Shown one piece after another: positions 24,500-37,530 of a DNA stretch of 64,000 nt (positions are counted from its first letter, which is position 1; every line of letters starts with the position of its first letter). The translations under genes and the position numbers were made by a program. This DNA is from Lepidodermella squamata (taxonomy: Eukaryota; Animalia; Gastrotricha): NCBI GenBank assembly GCA_047495785.1, contig JBLDXI010000034.1, positions 806,001-870,000 of the forward strand. Reading direction: 5' to 3'. Below the pieces are notes generated by a model that was given only the letters and a program-made list of their open reading frames with translations, searched no databases and had not been told where the DNA came from.

Positions 24500-27400
24500 A
24501 TGATTTCATTATTCCTTGGGATAATTTTGATCGCCGCAACAAAAATCTTAGGTAACCACACTTTCGGAGTTCTCTGGTAAAGCTGAAGGGGTAATGCTTT
24601 ATAACAGGTCAACATGTGAAGCCAAGCGGCTATACTTCAACCCTCGTCGATAGCGTTTCTCTGCCAGGAGGGATTTTACAGCTGAGTAAGTATGATCCGT
24701 CCCTAGGCGTTGCTTCTTTAACGACCGAACCGGTGTTGCTCGGTTTTGCTCCGATATACGATTCCGGTATCATTTCGAGAACAGTAAGACTGCGAATCGA
24801 AGGATTTTATACCTAATTTATGCCTATTATTCCTCAGAGTGCAAACGGTGGCAGTCTTTTCGACAACTTTTTAATCGAGATAAAATTCAACATCACAAGC
24901 AAAACTGTCGAACCGAAGCATACCTTAGCGTTTGCTATCGCTCCGCGTTACGTATATTCATCTGAGACAAGCTGCAACACTGGAACTAGTGGTTGGCATG
25001 CTTGCCTGCGAATTTCCAACATTACAGGTTTTGCCGCTTACGTGAAGCCGAACGGGAATTTCATGTATTTCCTCGCGAATTCGGCGATGGAAACGAGTTA
25101 TCCTGACAGAAATACGGCATGGCAGAATGATTATTTCGGCTGCAAATATCCCGAAGGATTTCTGATGTCTCCATTCTTTCTTTATATACTTAAATTGGGC
25201 AGCGATTTCACGATTTCTTACGCTCCGGCCTCGAGCTCAAACAGTTCCACTGTTTGCCAAGTGTTTCCAAGTAGCAAAGCATTTTCTAGGGATGAGCAGC
25301 TGTATCTAGCTGTGAGTACATCGGCTGGGCTTTCGGTTTCATTGCTGGATCTGAGGTTTTACAAATTGGAGCGAATGACTACAACAAGTAAGATTTTCTA
25401 TTATCTTCATCATTTTTTCTATTTGCTTTTCTCGAAGCTACGTCAACCACTTCGACTTCAACTACAGGTAAAGCAGTGAGAGTAGTTATGGCTCGAAATA
25501 ATTAATGTCTCTCTAGCTGATTACGGAAGAACAACCTGCGTGGCAGGATCCACACTACCGGGTAAGTTTTAATCAACTTTTTCGAAAATTAAAATATGGC
25601 GCAATATGTTCGTGACGTCAAAACTAACAAAGAGAAATTGACGCATTTTACGAACTATTGATTGATTTTTCAGGAGTTGAAGGACTTCTACAGCAACAGT
25701 TGAGTCAGTACAAATGTAGCTCTCACTACGCCTTCCCACCAGGGGCGAGCTATACTTCCGCGAATGGCCCTTATTATGCGGAGGACCTCTATATCGTTAT
25801 GGGCGTGTCCCAAGACCAAGGTTTCGTTTTCGATGAGGTGAGTTACTGTTTATTAGCAAACCCGATCTGATGCGAACGTTATAATCATTGTTTTCCAGAA
25901 CTTGAATTCGATTGGTTCGACCAGTTTTGTTCTCGATATGTCATTCGTCGTTCGACAGTCTAACGGCCGCAATTCTTTCGGCATTTTCATCGCGCCAAAT
26001 GCCAGTTTCATCTACAGCAATTGTCCAACAGATCGAACCCAGCCAGCTAACATGTGTTTCAAAAACGGGGAATTGCTCGGCCTGGCAGTTGTCGTTCATT
26101 CGAGTAAACGAGCGATTTATGCCTTCGCAGCAACGGATTCCCCTATAGCAATCAACACAATAGTGCCAGTGTCGCAAACGAATTGTTCGACAAATTTTCC
26201 TACGTCCGACTCTTTCCCTTTAAGAATCGTTATTGAAAGAGTGGGAAGCACCAATTGGATCTATTTTTCTCAATCGACCAACCCGAGTGACCTGAGGTAC
26301 TGCTGCAGGAATGATGCGCCTGATCTGACGTCTGGGAGATTGTCAGACCTTCGAATCGGGATTGCAACTCTGAAACTGACAGCTTTGAGGATTGATAGCA
26401 TCAAGTTCTACACGGCGGACAGTTCCTCAACATCGACTACTACTACAACGACTACTCCTACTTCAACAAGTACCACATCGATCGCACCGATATCGACAGT
26501 TTCAACACGTAAGCACGTGGGCATGACTCTAAGGAGTAACCTTTCAACATTTTGAGGATGCTTTTAAGGGTGCTGGGGAGCTATGTTCCGACACCCCAGC
26601 TTCAAAATTCAAACCCCAGGAAGGCTAAATAAATCCCCTTCAGGGTTGAGCTTCTTCAACTGGACACTAGGAAGAACCTCAGCTTCAGAATCCTACCTAA
26701 TTCTCATACGGAATGGGGGAAGCGCAACCCCTCCCCTCCGCCAAAAGGTGGTAAACCCCAAAAAACCACAGGATTTGTTCATGCAATTTGGGCCCGAAAA
26801 TACCGAGGTTCGAGAATCGTACTTCGCGCAGATCCCAAACGCAGATCATCGTTCAACTATACCATACTATACCATGATAATATAGGTACTAGTTAAGAGT
26901 GGGAATTTCGGTATTGTATAGTTTTTTATTTCCTTCCTATTTTTCAAGCTGATTATTCCAAGATGCCATGCTCAGATGGAGAAGCTATTCGAGGTAAACA
27001 TCATTCGATAATCACAGCAATCATCGTTAAGAAATCATTTAAACTTCAAGCTCCAACTAGTCTTTTGAAGGACAAGTCAGCAAACTATCTATGCCGCAGT
27101 ATCTTTACTCATCCGGGGGATAATTACGAAATAGGGAGTACCGTGCTTATTGCCAATGACCTTGCGACGCTTGGCATTGATGATGACAACGTTATGGTCG
27201 CTCAAAAGGTATTATTTGTCCACTAAATCTTTATTAATTTTCGTATGAGTTTGTTTCAGTCAATTCAATTTGTTGGGCAAACCGGTTTCATTCTCGATAA
27301 TTGGTTCAAAATTTCTTCATACAATGACTGGAATAAGTTCGGCGTCTTCATCACGCCCAGAGATCGCATTACTATAGCTCCGTACTGCCCACCTGAAAAC

Positions 27401-30036
27401 CCAACAGCATACAGCATGTGCCTGAATACCGGCGAATTTCTCGGATTTGTTGTTTTCGTTGATGTGAAAAATGGCCGAATCTACTCCTACTCGACTACTG
27501 ATGTAGTGGCAAAAATCGACCCATCTGTGGTTCCACCAGATGCCTCACGCCATTGTCAGTTTACCTCACCTTCATCACCCAACGAATCTACGGAATCGAC
27601 TTTTGACTTTCGTCTTTTAATTGAACGCGTCGGAAACGCGAGCTATATCTACTATTCGCTGTCGAAAGATCCGAACGAATTGACCTACTGCAGCGAGGAG
27701 AATATTGAAGGGCTGGTTGTGAGAACCAAAGATCCTACTATCGCTATCGGATCCCAAACAGGCACTATTTTGGCGGTTAAAAGCGTTAAATTCTACATGG
27801 CTGACAGCTCTACTACAACAACAAGCACTGAAACGACTACAGTTACGAGTCAGACACAAACTCAGGGTCAGTCAACTGCAAATTCAGAATCTACATCAGC
27901 TCAGTCGCCATCCATCCGAAGCAGTTCAACCGCCACTCAAGGCCTAGCAGTCACGAATTCGGAATCTACAACAACTTTGTCGTCAATCATTCCAATCAGC
28001 TCTGTCACATCAATTTCGAATTCGTTTCCTCTCACCCTCAACTCGGAGGTTCCAGCCAATGCCCCGCCAGAGAAATACGTTTTCTTCAAAGAAATGTCTT
28101 ACCCAGAATCTCAAGGTTAGTCTTGCAAAACCTTGAATTCGCTTCAACTTATTAATTTTCAATTAAAGAATCGTACAACATGCAGTCGACGGTAACGATG
28201 GATGCCAATGGCGTAGCTCAATTCGACAATGCAGGACTAGATGGAATTATGTACTCAAAATTGGTAATGTCCTTTTTTCATTCCTATATTAATTACGTCT
28301 GACTTTTGAATAAGAAACTAAACGAGCTCAACATCGTTAATTGGCGAGTTGAAGCATCGCTGAACATCAAATCTCGCGGAGAACTTTTTTCGCTGTTCAT
28401 AGCCCCACGCAGCTCTATGACTGATAACTTACTGGAATGCGAATCTAGTCAGGATGAAATGATGTGTTTGCAAATGGAGAAACTGCGCGGGTTCATGGTC
28501 TATATCAAACCAACTCAAGGGATTATCTACCCGTTCACATCGGACCAAATAACATCAGATTCTCCGTTGACTAAAATGGCCTACAACGACCCTCGTTACA
28601 TTGGGAAAAGTTGCAACACTACGTTTAAAGACAACCAGTCGTTTGACATTGTGGTCGAGGGATTCGATAATGTGGCCACAGTTTATGTTAGACTTCAGGA
28701 TATTAAGACAACATCACCGTCACCATTCGTGCCATGCTTCAAACTAGATATCACTCCTAATCTCATGAAATGGGACGATGTTCGACTTGGGATTGGTTTG
28801 AGGGAGGGGACTAAGTTCGATTTAACAAAGTTAGCACTCTTCAATATTTCAAACGATGGCGAGGAATTGGACGATGAACTTGGCGTATCGGGCATTGTGC
28901 CTCTGATGGTTTCACCAAAAGGAAAGATTGAAGGATCAACACGGGATTTCCTTAAGTATCTCTACCCAGACTTCCCGCCAGACACTTCGAAGCCAGCTAT
29001 AACAGCGGAAGAGCTGATTCGGTACTGCGACGATTTCACGGTTAAGCGGATAGCTCCTCCGAATAATGGAAATTCCACGCCGGTAACCACCGTATTCCTG
29101 ATTGATAAAATCGTGAAAATGGAGGATGTCAATGAGAGATTCACGATCAGTGGTCTGTACTTGCAGAATTGGGTGGTCACAACGTGTCACCTTGAATCCA
29201 AACATTTGTTCTCAGTTAGAAAGATTGATCGTTTATTCGCTGTAAACAAATCACTTGTTTGGTATCCCGAGTTCCTATTCTTATCAAGCAGTGATGATAT
29301 CTACATGAAGGGTGATAACTTTGATGATGATATGGTTGCAATTCTGAAGAGGAAGGGTGCAGCCGGATTGGATATATTGTTTTTCCAGCTGAAACAAGGA
29401 TTCTTTTCCACTGAGTGCCCACTTGATATCTCGAAGTTTCCGTTCGATTCTCAAACCTGTGAATTCACATTTTCGCAACAACAATCGGTTGACCTTGTAA
29501 ACTTTGGCGATGTCTTCTTTATTTGCCCTGAACAAGGCTCGACTGAATGGAAAATCTCGGAATGCCTAACTACATGGACAACCATTCGCCAGTCTGGTCA
29601 TGATGTTGTATCAGTGACCTTCAAAGCCGTAGTTAGTAGAAAATATGCGTACTATGTGGCAAATTCTATCGGACCGAGTTTGCTACTGGCTCTACTGGAA
29701 CTAGCAACCTTTTTGATGCCATCAAGCCGACCTGATAGACCCATGTTTTCAGTCACTTTGCTGCTTGCTCTCACGGTTGCTGCGTCAAATGTCCTGAGCC
29801 AAGTTCCGCATACTTCGAAGCGTGTCTTTTTGAGTGATTACATTCTCGGCCTCACAATGATCGCAGCCATTATCACGGTATACCACCTTTTCGCTTGTTA
29901 CTTGGCGAATGCAGGCGATAAAAATGAGCGCAAAGCAAGTGGATTAATGAAGAAAATCGATTTGGCCGTTTTTCTCTTGATAACAGTCGGATTTTGTGTT
30001 TTGCAAGGCTACTCTGCCAAGGCCATTTTGAACTGA
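24500..30036 (+). CDS. Signal peptide + 4 lectin-like domains + Cys-loop channel (~1500 aa, 12 exons)
   Basis: Exons 24500-24551, 24608-24783, 24838-25387, 25438-25467, 25517-25561, 25674-25837, 25899-26508, 26949-26993, 27051-27208, 27260-28115, 28169-28263, 28315-30036 join in frame, with the same intron positions as 2468-8694. Cys-loop and M1-M4 intact. Confidence 0.85.
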
Positions 30037-31451
30037 GAGACCGCAGTTTTAGAATACACATTGCAGGTAAATTCAACGAATTAATGTTATTTATATTTCC
30101 GGAATGCATCTTAATGGCCTTTTCGAATAAATAACTTATGTCTCTTTTGAGTCGTCCAGCATATAGAGCACACAAAACGAGATGGTTATGAGACAGTCTA
30201 TTAATTTTTCCAGCCTGGAGCATAAAAAGCATGCCGCCACCTGTGCTTGAATTTACGAAAAAATAGCATTGCCCCCAACAAGAGCTGAACCATCGCGTTG
30301 CTTCTTCGCTGAAACTGGCGAAACTGGCTGAAACTGGCAAGTGTCCAATTTTATATGTTTGACCATGCAGTTGTGCAGCATCTCTGTGATTAGCCAATTA
30401 TGATTTAATTTCCCACACATTTCTCTCGCGATTTGAGCTTTTTCTCGGGGTCTGCTGCTATAAATATCGCAGACTAACATTTATAAACAAATGTTAATCA
30501 AAAGGTGAGTTTTGACGCCGGATAACACCCACATTGGGTCTTATCGCTAGAAATTCTCGTCCTTTATTCGCGACTAAGGCCTGCTGTTCATCCTGATATC
30601 CACCGATAACACCCCGGTATATTGCTATGTTGTATATCCGCGCCACTCCACTTTCAAAAGAAAATCAAAATACTTGGAAAGCGTCCCTTTTTAACAGGTA
30701 AACTGTTCTTCATTATTATTAGTTCGACATCAAACACGGTTTTGCAAGGTTCGGAGTGGCGCTCGATCCAGTGTCCCGACTAGGCTCAAATCCCGAGGGT
30801 GAATTTGTCCAGCCAATATTCTGAAAACCGAGTTTTCGCCGATAAAACGAAGATAACGTTGCAGGCAATCGGGAGAAGCGGTTGAACATGTTGCTGCCAT
30901 TCTGTTCTTGGTATCAGGAAGCGACAACTTCTAGGCAATTCCTTCTAAATCACATGTTAAGCTTGTGTTAACCACTTCCCATTTTGAACATAGGCTGTGA
31001 ATAGCTTGATAATGTCTAAGGTCGTGGAGTGTTTTACGAGGTTTTGAAATTACAATAGGCCAGCGTTGCAGTAAAGCAATAATTGAACGAAATTGGAACG
31101 AGCTTAAGCGAATTATTGTCTTTCTCAGCCTGCTATGTATCTCTCCAGCAAATAAAAGATCAATAGGAGGAAAACATCAGACATTGCGTCGTCAACATTC
31201 GCCAATTGGATATTAGAAATCGCTAGCATCACAAAATAAATAATCTGGTTTGTCTGAAGTTTTAGCGGAACGCGAAACCTCGTCGTGTTGCGTTAGATTC
31301 GTAATATCACAGCCCACGTGTGAACTACCAGCAAGTATGCTTACTTTTATTTGATAGGGCGGAAATTGAAAAACAGCGATCAAAAGTCAAAAGACAATTT
31401 TATTCGGATTACTGCAGTTTCAAGTTTCAAGCAGAAACCACTTGAAATAAA

Positions 31452-34400
31452 ATGATTGTATCTCTTGTGATAGTTTTATTGGCTGTAACAACAAGCTTAG
31501 GTAACCCTTTTCGGTATTCTTTAGTAATGCTGAAGATGAAAAGGTATTTTACAGGTCAACATGCGACTCCGGATGGTTATACATCGAGTCTAGTCGACAA
31601 CGTTTCTATGCCAGGAGGGATTTTACAGATGAGTGTATATGAATCGACTCACAATGTTGCTTCTTCATCAACCGACCCGGCATTGCTTGGGTTAGATCCA
31701 CGATACGCTTCCGGTGTCATTTCAAAAACAGTGAGGCTTGAGTTTGATGCAAATTTTAACATATTTTTCCAAATCACTGCTCAGAGTGCAAATGGCGACA
31801 GTCTATTCGAAAACTTTTTAATCGAGATCAAATTCAACATCACAAACAAGACAATCGAAATCGACCCGAGGTCTACCTTAGCGGTTGCCATCGCTCCGCA
31901 TTACGTATTCTCAGCGGACGCAAACTACTGCAACACTGGCCATAGCGGTTGGCACGCTTGCTTGCGAATTTCGAACATAACAGGTCTTGCTGCGTACGTG
32001 AAGCCTAATGGGAATTTTATGTATTTCTTTGCAAATTCGGTTATGGATACGAGTAAACCTGACGAAATAACAACATGGCATGACGATTATATCGGCTGCA
32101 AATATCCCGAAGGATTTCTGGATTCGCCATTCTTTATATATCTGAGTAAAGTGGGCAGCGCTCTTTCGATTTTCTACGCTGCAAGTTCAAGTCCAAATAG
32201 TTCTAAACTTTGCCACTTGTTTCCAACCAGTAGCGATGCATTTCCTATGACTGAGCAGCTGTATCTAGCCGTGAGTACATCAGTTGGGCTTTCGGTTTCA
32301 TTGCTGGATCTGAGGTTTTACAAATTGGAGCGAATGACTACAACAAGTGAGATTTTCCTCCCGATTTACGTCAAAACTTATTGATTTACTCTTCTCGAAG
32401 CTACGTCGACCACTTCGATTTCAACTACAGGTAATGCAGTTAGAGAATTTATGGCTTGATTTTATCGATGCTTTTCCAGCTGATTACGGAAGAACGAAAT
32501 GCGAGCCAGGATCAACTCTGCCGGGTAGGTTTTAATAAAAAATTTCAAAAATTGGAATATGGCGCAATAGGCTCGTGACGTCAAAAACAACAATGTGAAA
32601 TTCAAGCATTTGACGATTGATTTTTTAGGAGTTGAAGGAATTCTGCAACTACAGCTGAATCAGTATAAATGTAGCTCCCACTACGCCTTCCCGGGGGCAA
32701 GCTATCAGCCCGCGAATGGCCCTTATTATCCGGACGACCTTATTGGCGTATCCCAAGACCAAGGCTTCGTTTTGGACGAGGTGAGTTACTGCTTAGCAAA
32801 CCCGATGCGAACGTTATAATCATTGTTCCACAGGACTTGAATTGGATTGATTCGACCAGTTTCGTTCTCGATATTTCGGTCAACGTTCCTCAGTCTGCCG
32901 ACCGCAATTCTTTCGGCATTTTCATCGCGCCAAATGCGAGTTTCATATACAGCAATTGTCCAACAGATCGATCCCAGCCAGCTAACATGTGTTTCAAAAA
33001 CGGGGAAATGCTCGGCCTGGCAGTTATCGTTCGTTCGAGTAATCGAGCGATTTATGCCTTCGCAGCAACGGCTTCCCCTATAGCAATCAACACTATTGTG
33101 CCAGTTTCGCAAACGAATTGTTCGACAGATTTTCCTGCATCTGACTCATTCCCTTTAAGAATCGTTATTGAAAGAGTCGGAAGCACCAATTGGATCTATT
33201 TTTCTCAATCGACCAACCCGAGTGACTTGAGGTACTGCTGCAGGATTGATGCGCCTGATCTGACGTCTGGGAGATTGTCAGACCTTCGAATTGGGATTGC
33301 AACTCTGAAACTGACAGCTTTGAAGATTGATAGCATCAAGTTTTACACAGCGGATAGTCCCTCAACATCAACGACTACCACCACACAATCGCAATCGACA
33401 AGCCCTCCAGGTGAGCCATAAGGGTCCGAAGCAAGGTATCATAGAGCTTAATTTACCTGTCTCTCGGGCTCTCCCATTCAACTCTAAGGGTTGTTGTATT
33501 TTTAGATTTTATTCAAGTTTGACATTCTTTTTAGATGCCTCTCATGCCAGAGTAACAGATAGCGGGCAAACAACAGGAAGGCCGAAATTCCTAATTCTCA
33601 AATTTGCGTCTACTTCCAGTGCTTGAAGTAGGATCCTCGAACTAGGGCCCAAATTTTAGGCGTCCTTTTTTTATATTAGTCTTCCACATTGGAAACTGGG
33701 GCTGAAGGGGTGCTACGATAGTTCGCGATTTGGCGACTTCGGTATTTATTGACACTAGTACCTAGTACCAAGATTGAGGATTTCAACCTGTAATTCCGTT
33801 TCCTTCTCATTTTTTGTTAAAAGTTGACGACACTTACTCAAAGATGCCATGTTTAAACGGAGAAGCAATTCGAGGTAAACACCATTCGACAATCAAAACA
33901 ATCATCGTTAGAAAAGAATAATTTGTACTTGAAGCTCCTACAAGCATTTTGAAGGCCCAGTCAGTAAACTATCTATGTCGCGTCAACTTTACTCATCCGG
34001 GGAGTAATTATGATGGAGTAGGGGTTAGTGTTACTGTTGTCGATAACCTCGCGACGCTTGGCACCGATAATGATAACGCTTTGGTCGCTCAACAGGTATT
34101 TTACTTTCGCAATTAAAAGCAATAATGTTTCGCACAATTTGTCTTTAGTCCATCCAATTTGTTGGGGCAACGGGTTTCATTCTTGATACGTGGTTCAAAA
34201 TCCCACCTGGCAACCGGAATAAGTTTGGCGTCTTCATCACTCCAAGAAAAAAGATCATTGCAATCGTTGGATCCGTCTGTCCCGCCACTGACCGGACCGA
34301 AATTAGCATGTGCCTTAATACTGGCGCAATGCTTGGATTCGCTGTTTTCGTTGACGTAGCGAATGGTCGAATTTACTCCTATTCGACAACTGATGTAGTG

Positions 34401-36841
34401 GCGAAAATCGACCCGTCCGTGGTTCCACCGGATGCCTCACGTAGCTGTAACTTCACATCAACCGCCTCGACTATAGACTTCCGGCTGTTGATTGAACGTG
34501 TCGGAAATACTAGCTATATCTTCTATTCGCTATCGAATGATCCGAACGTATTGACCTATTGCAGCTGGGAAAATATAGAAGGGCTGATTGCGAGGAGTGT
34601 CGATCCAGTCATCACTATCGGATCCCAAGCGGGAACTATTTTGGCGGTTAAAAGCGTTAAATTTTACATTGCTGAAAGCTTCACAACAACAACAACAAGC
34701 ACTACACTTTCAACTACAGTTAAAACTCAAGGCCAATCAACCTCAATTTCGGAATCTACACCAGCTTTGCCTTCAATCATTCCAAGCCGCCCAAGTTCTG
34801 CAACAACCGCTTCTATTTCAAAGTCGGTTCCTCTCATCCCCAACTCGGAAGCTCCCGCCAGTGCTCCGTCAGAGAAATACATTTTTGAAAAGGAAATTTC
34901 TTATCCTGGAACTCAAGGTTAGTCTCGAAGAGCCTCGAATTTCCTTCTAATTATTGGTTTTCTATTTAAGAATCCTACACCATGCAATCAACTGTGACGA
35001 TTGATGCTAGAGGCGTAGCCCAGTTCGGAGATAATTCAGGGCTGGATGGAATTATGTACTCGAAATTGGTAAGGTCTTAATTTCATCCCAACATAATTTA
35101 CCTTTGGTTGTTGAATAAGAAACTAAACGAGCTCAACATCGTGAATTGGCGAGTTGAAGCATCGCTGAACATCAAATCTCGTGGGGACCTGTTTTCGCTG
35201 TTCGTCACTCCTCGCAGCTCTATGGCTGATAATCTAGCCAGATGCGACTCTAATTCGGGCGAAATGATGTGCTTGCAAATGGAGAAACTACGCGGTTTCG
35301 TGATCTATATCAAACCCAATCAAGGGATTATCTACCCGTTCAGCTCGGATCAAATCACAGCAGATTCTCCGTTGACAACGCTGCCCTACAACGACCCTCG
35401 TTACATTGGGAAAAGCTGTAATTCTACGTTCAAAGATAACCAGTCGTTTGACATTGTGGTCGAGGGATTCGACAATGTGGCCACAGTTTATGTTAGACTT
35501 CAGGATATCGGGACAACATCACCGACGCCATTCTTACCATGCTTTAAAACCGATGTCACATCAAATCTAATGAAATGGGACGAGGTTCGCCTTGGGATTG
35601 GTTTGAAAGCCGGGACGAAGTTCGATCTAACAAAGCTCGCATTTTTTAACATTTCAAAGGATGGCGATGAATTGAATGAAAAACTTGACGTATCAGGCGT
35701 TGTGTCTCTTATGGCTTCACAGAAGGGAATTACCGATAGATCGGCCAAAGATTTTCTCCAGTATCTCTACCCAGACTTCCCGCCAGATACTTCGAAGCCA
35801 GCTATAACAGCTGAAGAGTTGCTTCGTACTTGCGACGATTTCTCGATAGAGCGGGTGGCTCCTCCTAACAATGGCAACTCAACCCCCGTTACTACTGTAT
35901 TCCTCATCGATAAAATCATGAAAATGGAGGATGCTAACGAGAGATTCACGATCATTGGCTTATACCTGCAAAATTGGGTGGTTTCAACTTGTCACCTTGA
36001 ATCCAAACATTTGTTCTCAGTTAGAAAGACGGAGCGCTTATTCGCTGTTGATAAATCCATCGTCTGGTATCCTGATTTCTTATTCTTATCGAGCAGTGAT
36101 GATATCTACATGAGTGGTGATAACTTCGATGATGATATGGTTGCGCTTCTGAAGAGGAAAGGAGCAACTGGGTTGGATATATTGTTTTTCCAGCTGAAAC
36201 AAGGATTCTTCTCGACTGAATGCCCGCTTGATATCTCGAAATTCCCATTTGATTCTCAAACTTGCGAGTTCACGTTTTCGCAACAACAATCGACGGATCT
36301 TGTAAACTTCGGGGATGTCTTCTTTATTTGCCCTGAACAAGGCTCGACGGAATGGAGAATCTCGGAGTGCTCTTCTACATGGACAGCCATTCGCCAATCA
36401 GGACATGATGTTGTTTCGGCGACTTTCCAAGCTAGAATCAGTCGGAAGTCTGCCTACTATGTTGCGAATTCTATAGGGCCGAGTTTGCTACTGGCTCTTT
36501 TGGAGCTAGCAACCTTTGTCATGCCTTCAAGCCAGCCCGATCGGCCCATGTTCTCAGTCACTTTGCTCCTAGCTCTGACAGTTGCGATGTCAGATGTTCT
36601 GAGCCAAGTTCCGCATTCTTCGAAGCGAGTGTTTCTGGGTGATTATGTTCTCGGCCTCACAATGATAGCTGTTATTATCACGGTATACCACCTTTTCGCT
36701 TGCTACCTTGCAAACAAAGGCGACAAAAATGAGCGCAAAGCCAGTGGACTGATGAGAAAAATCGATTTGGTTGTTTTGGTTTTAGTAACCGCCGGATTTT
36801 TAGCTTTGCAAGGCTACGCTGCTAAAGCTATTTTATACTGA
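31452..36841 (+). CDS. Signal peptide + 4 lectin-like domains + Cys-loop channel (12 exons), close paralog of 24500-30036
   Basis: Exons 31452-31500, 31555-31730, 31785-32346, 32401-32430, 32480-32524, 32629-32780, 32834-33410, 33824-33874, 33935-34095, 34149-34917, 34971-35068, 35120-36841. WYPDF, CPLDISKFPFDSQTC, M1-M4. Confidence 0.85.
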
Positions 36842-37069
36842 GAGAAACCATAATTTCAAAATGCAAAATGTACTCCGTTATATCAAGCGACCTGATTTTC
36901 TTTCAGGGATGTTCTCATATGGCCTTTTCTAATAATAAACTTATTTCGCGTGAATTTGTTCAATACTCATGGTAGAGAGTACGAATCCCAATTGCAGCTT
37001 ACGTGTTGTCGAGTCGTCTAAAGTTCCAAGATACATATGATCTTCGTGAATGGCGTCTCTATATCGGGG

Positions 37070-37104
37070 TTAGGGTTAGGGTTAGGGTTAGGGTTAGGGT
37101 TAGG
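37070..37104 (+). repeat. Interstitial telomeric repeat (TTAGGG)5 TTAGG
   Basis: Perfect tandem TTAGGG. The homologous site at 2009-2026 has only three degenerate units. Confidence 0.9.
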
Positions 37105-37530
37105 ACATGCTAGCCGATATTTAATAACGACCGATAGCACGCAGATTCTGTATTACATATTTTTTGAAATTACGGTTTAGATTTTTTATTTGTTTTGGTT
37201 TGCATGAAACAAGGTTTCGCATGATTCCGAGCTGCGACGATACAGTACTTCTACCAGGCGCAGCTCGTAGGGGTGGCATTTTGATAACGTGAGGGGGGGG
37301 CCGATATGCTTTTTCAAACAACGGCACAATTTCCGGACCCCGCACTCCTTGATCACGCGGGATCGCTCGGAGCTGCGTCGGAAAACATCGACCAATCGAC
37401 GCGCGCTTGCCCTGTATAAAGAAACGATTTTTGTGGGCTTGAACAACATTAGTTTCGGATTTCAGTATTTCAAGCATTAAATTTTAGGTTGGCAGCACTT
37501 CGCAGTTTAGTGATTTCGCTTCTTGGCAGC

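Noticed and set aside
26540-26900. Possible insertion in the enlarged intron 7 (also 33420-33780)
   Set aside because: No clear TIRs or TSD could be identified by eye.
29873-30480. Minus-strand ORFs overlapping the 3' end of the channel gene
   Set aside because: No motif, TTG starts, and not conserved in the paralogous 3' regions.
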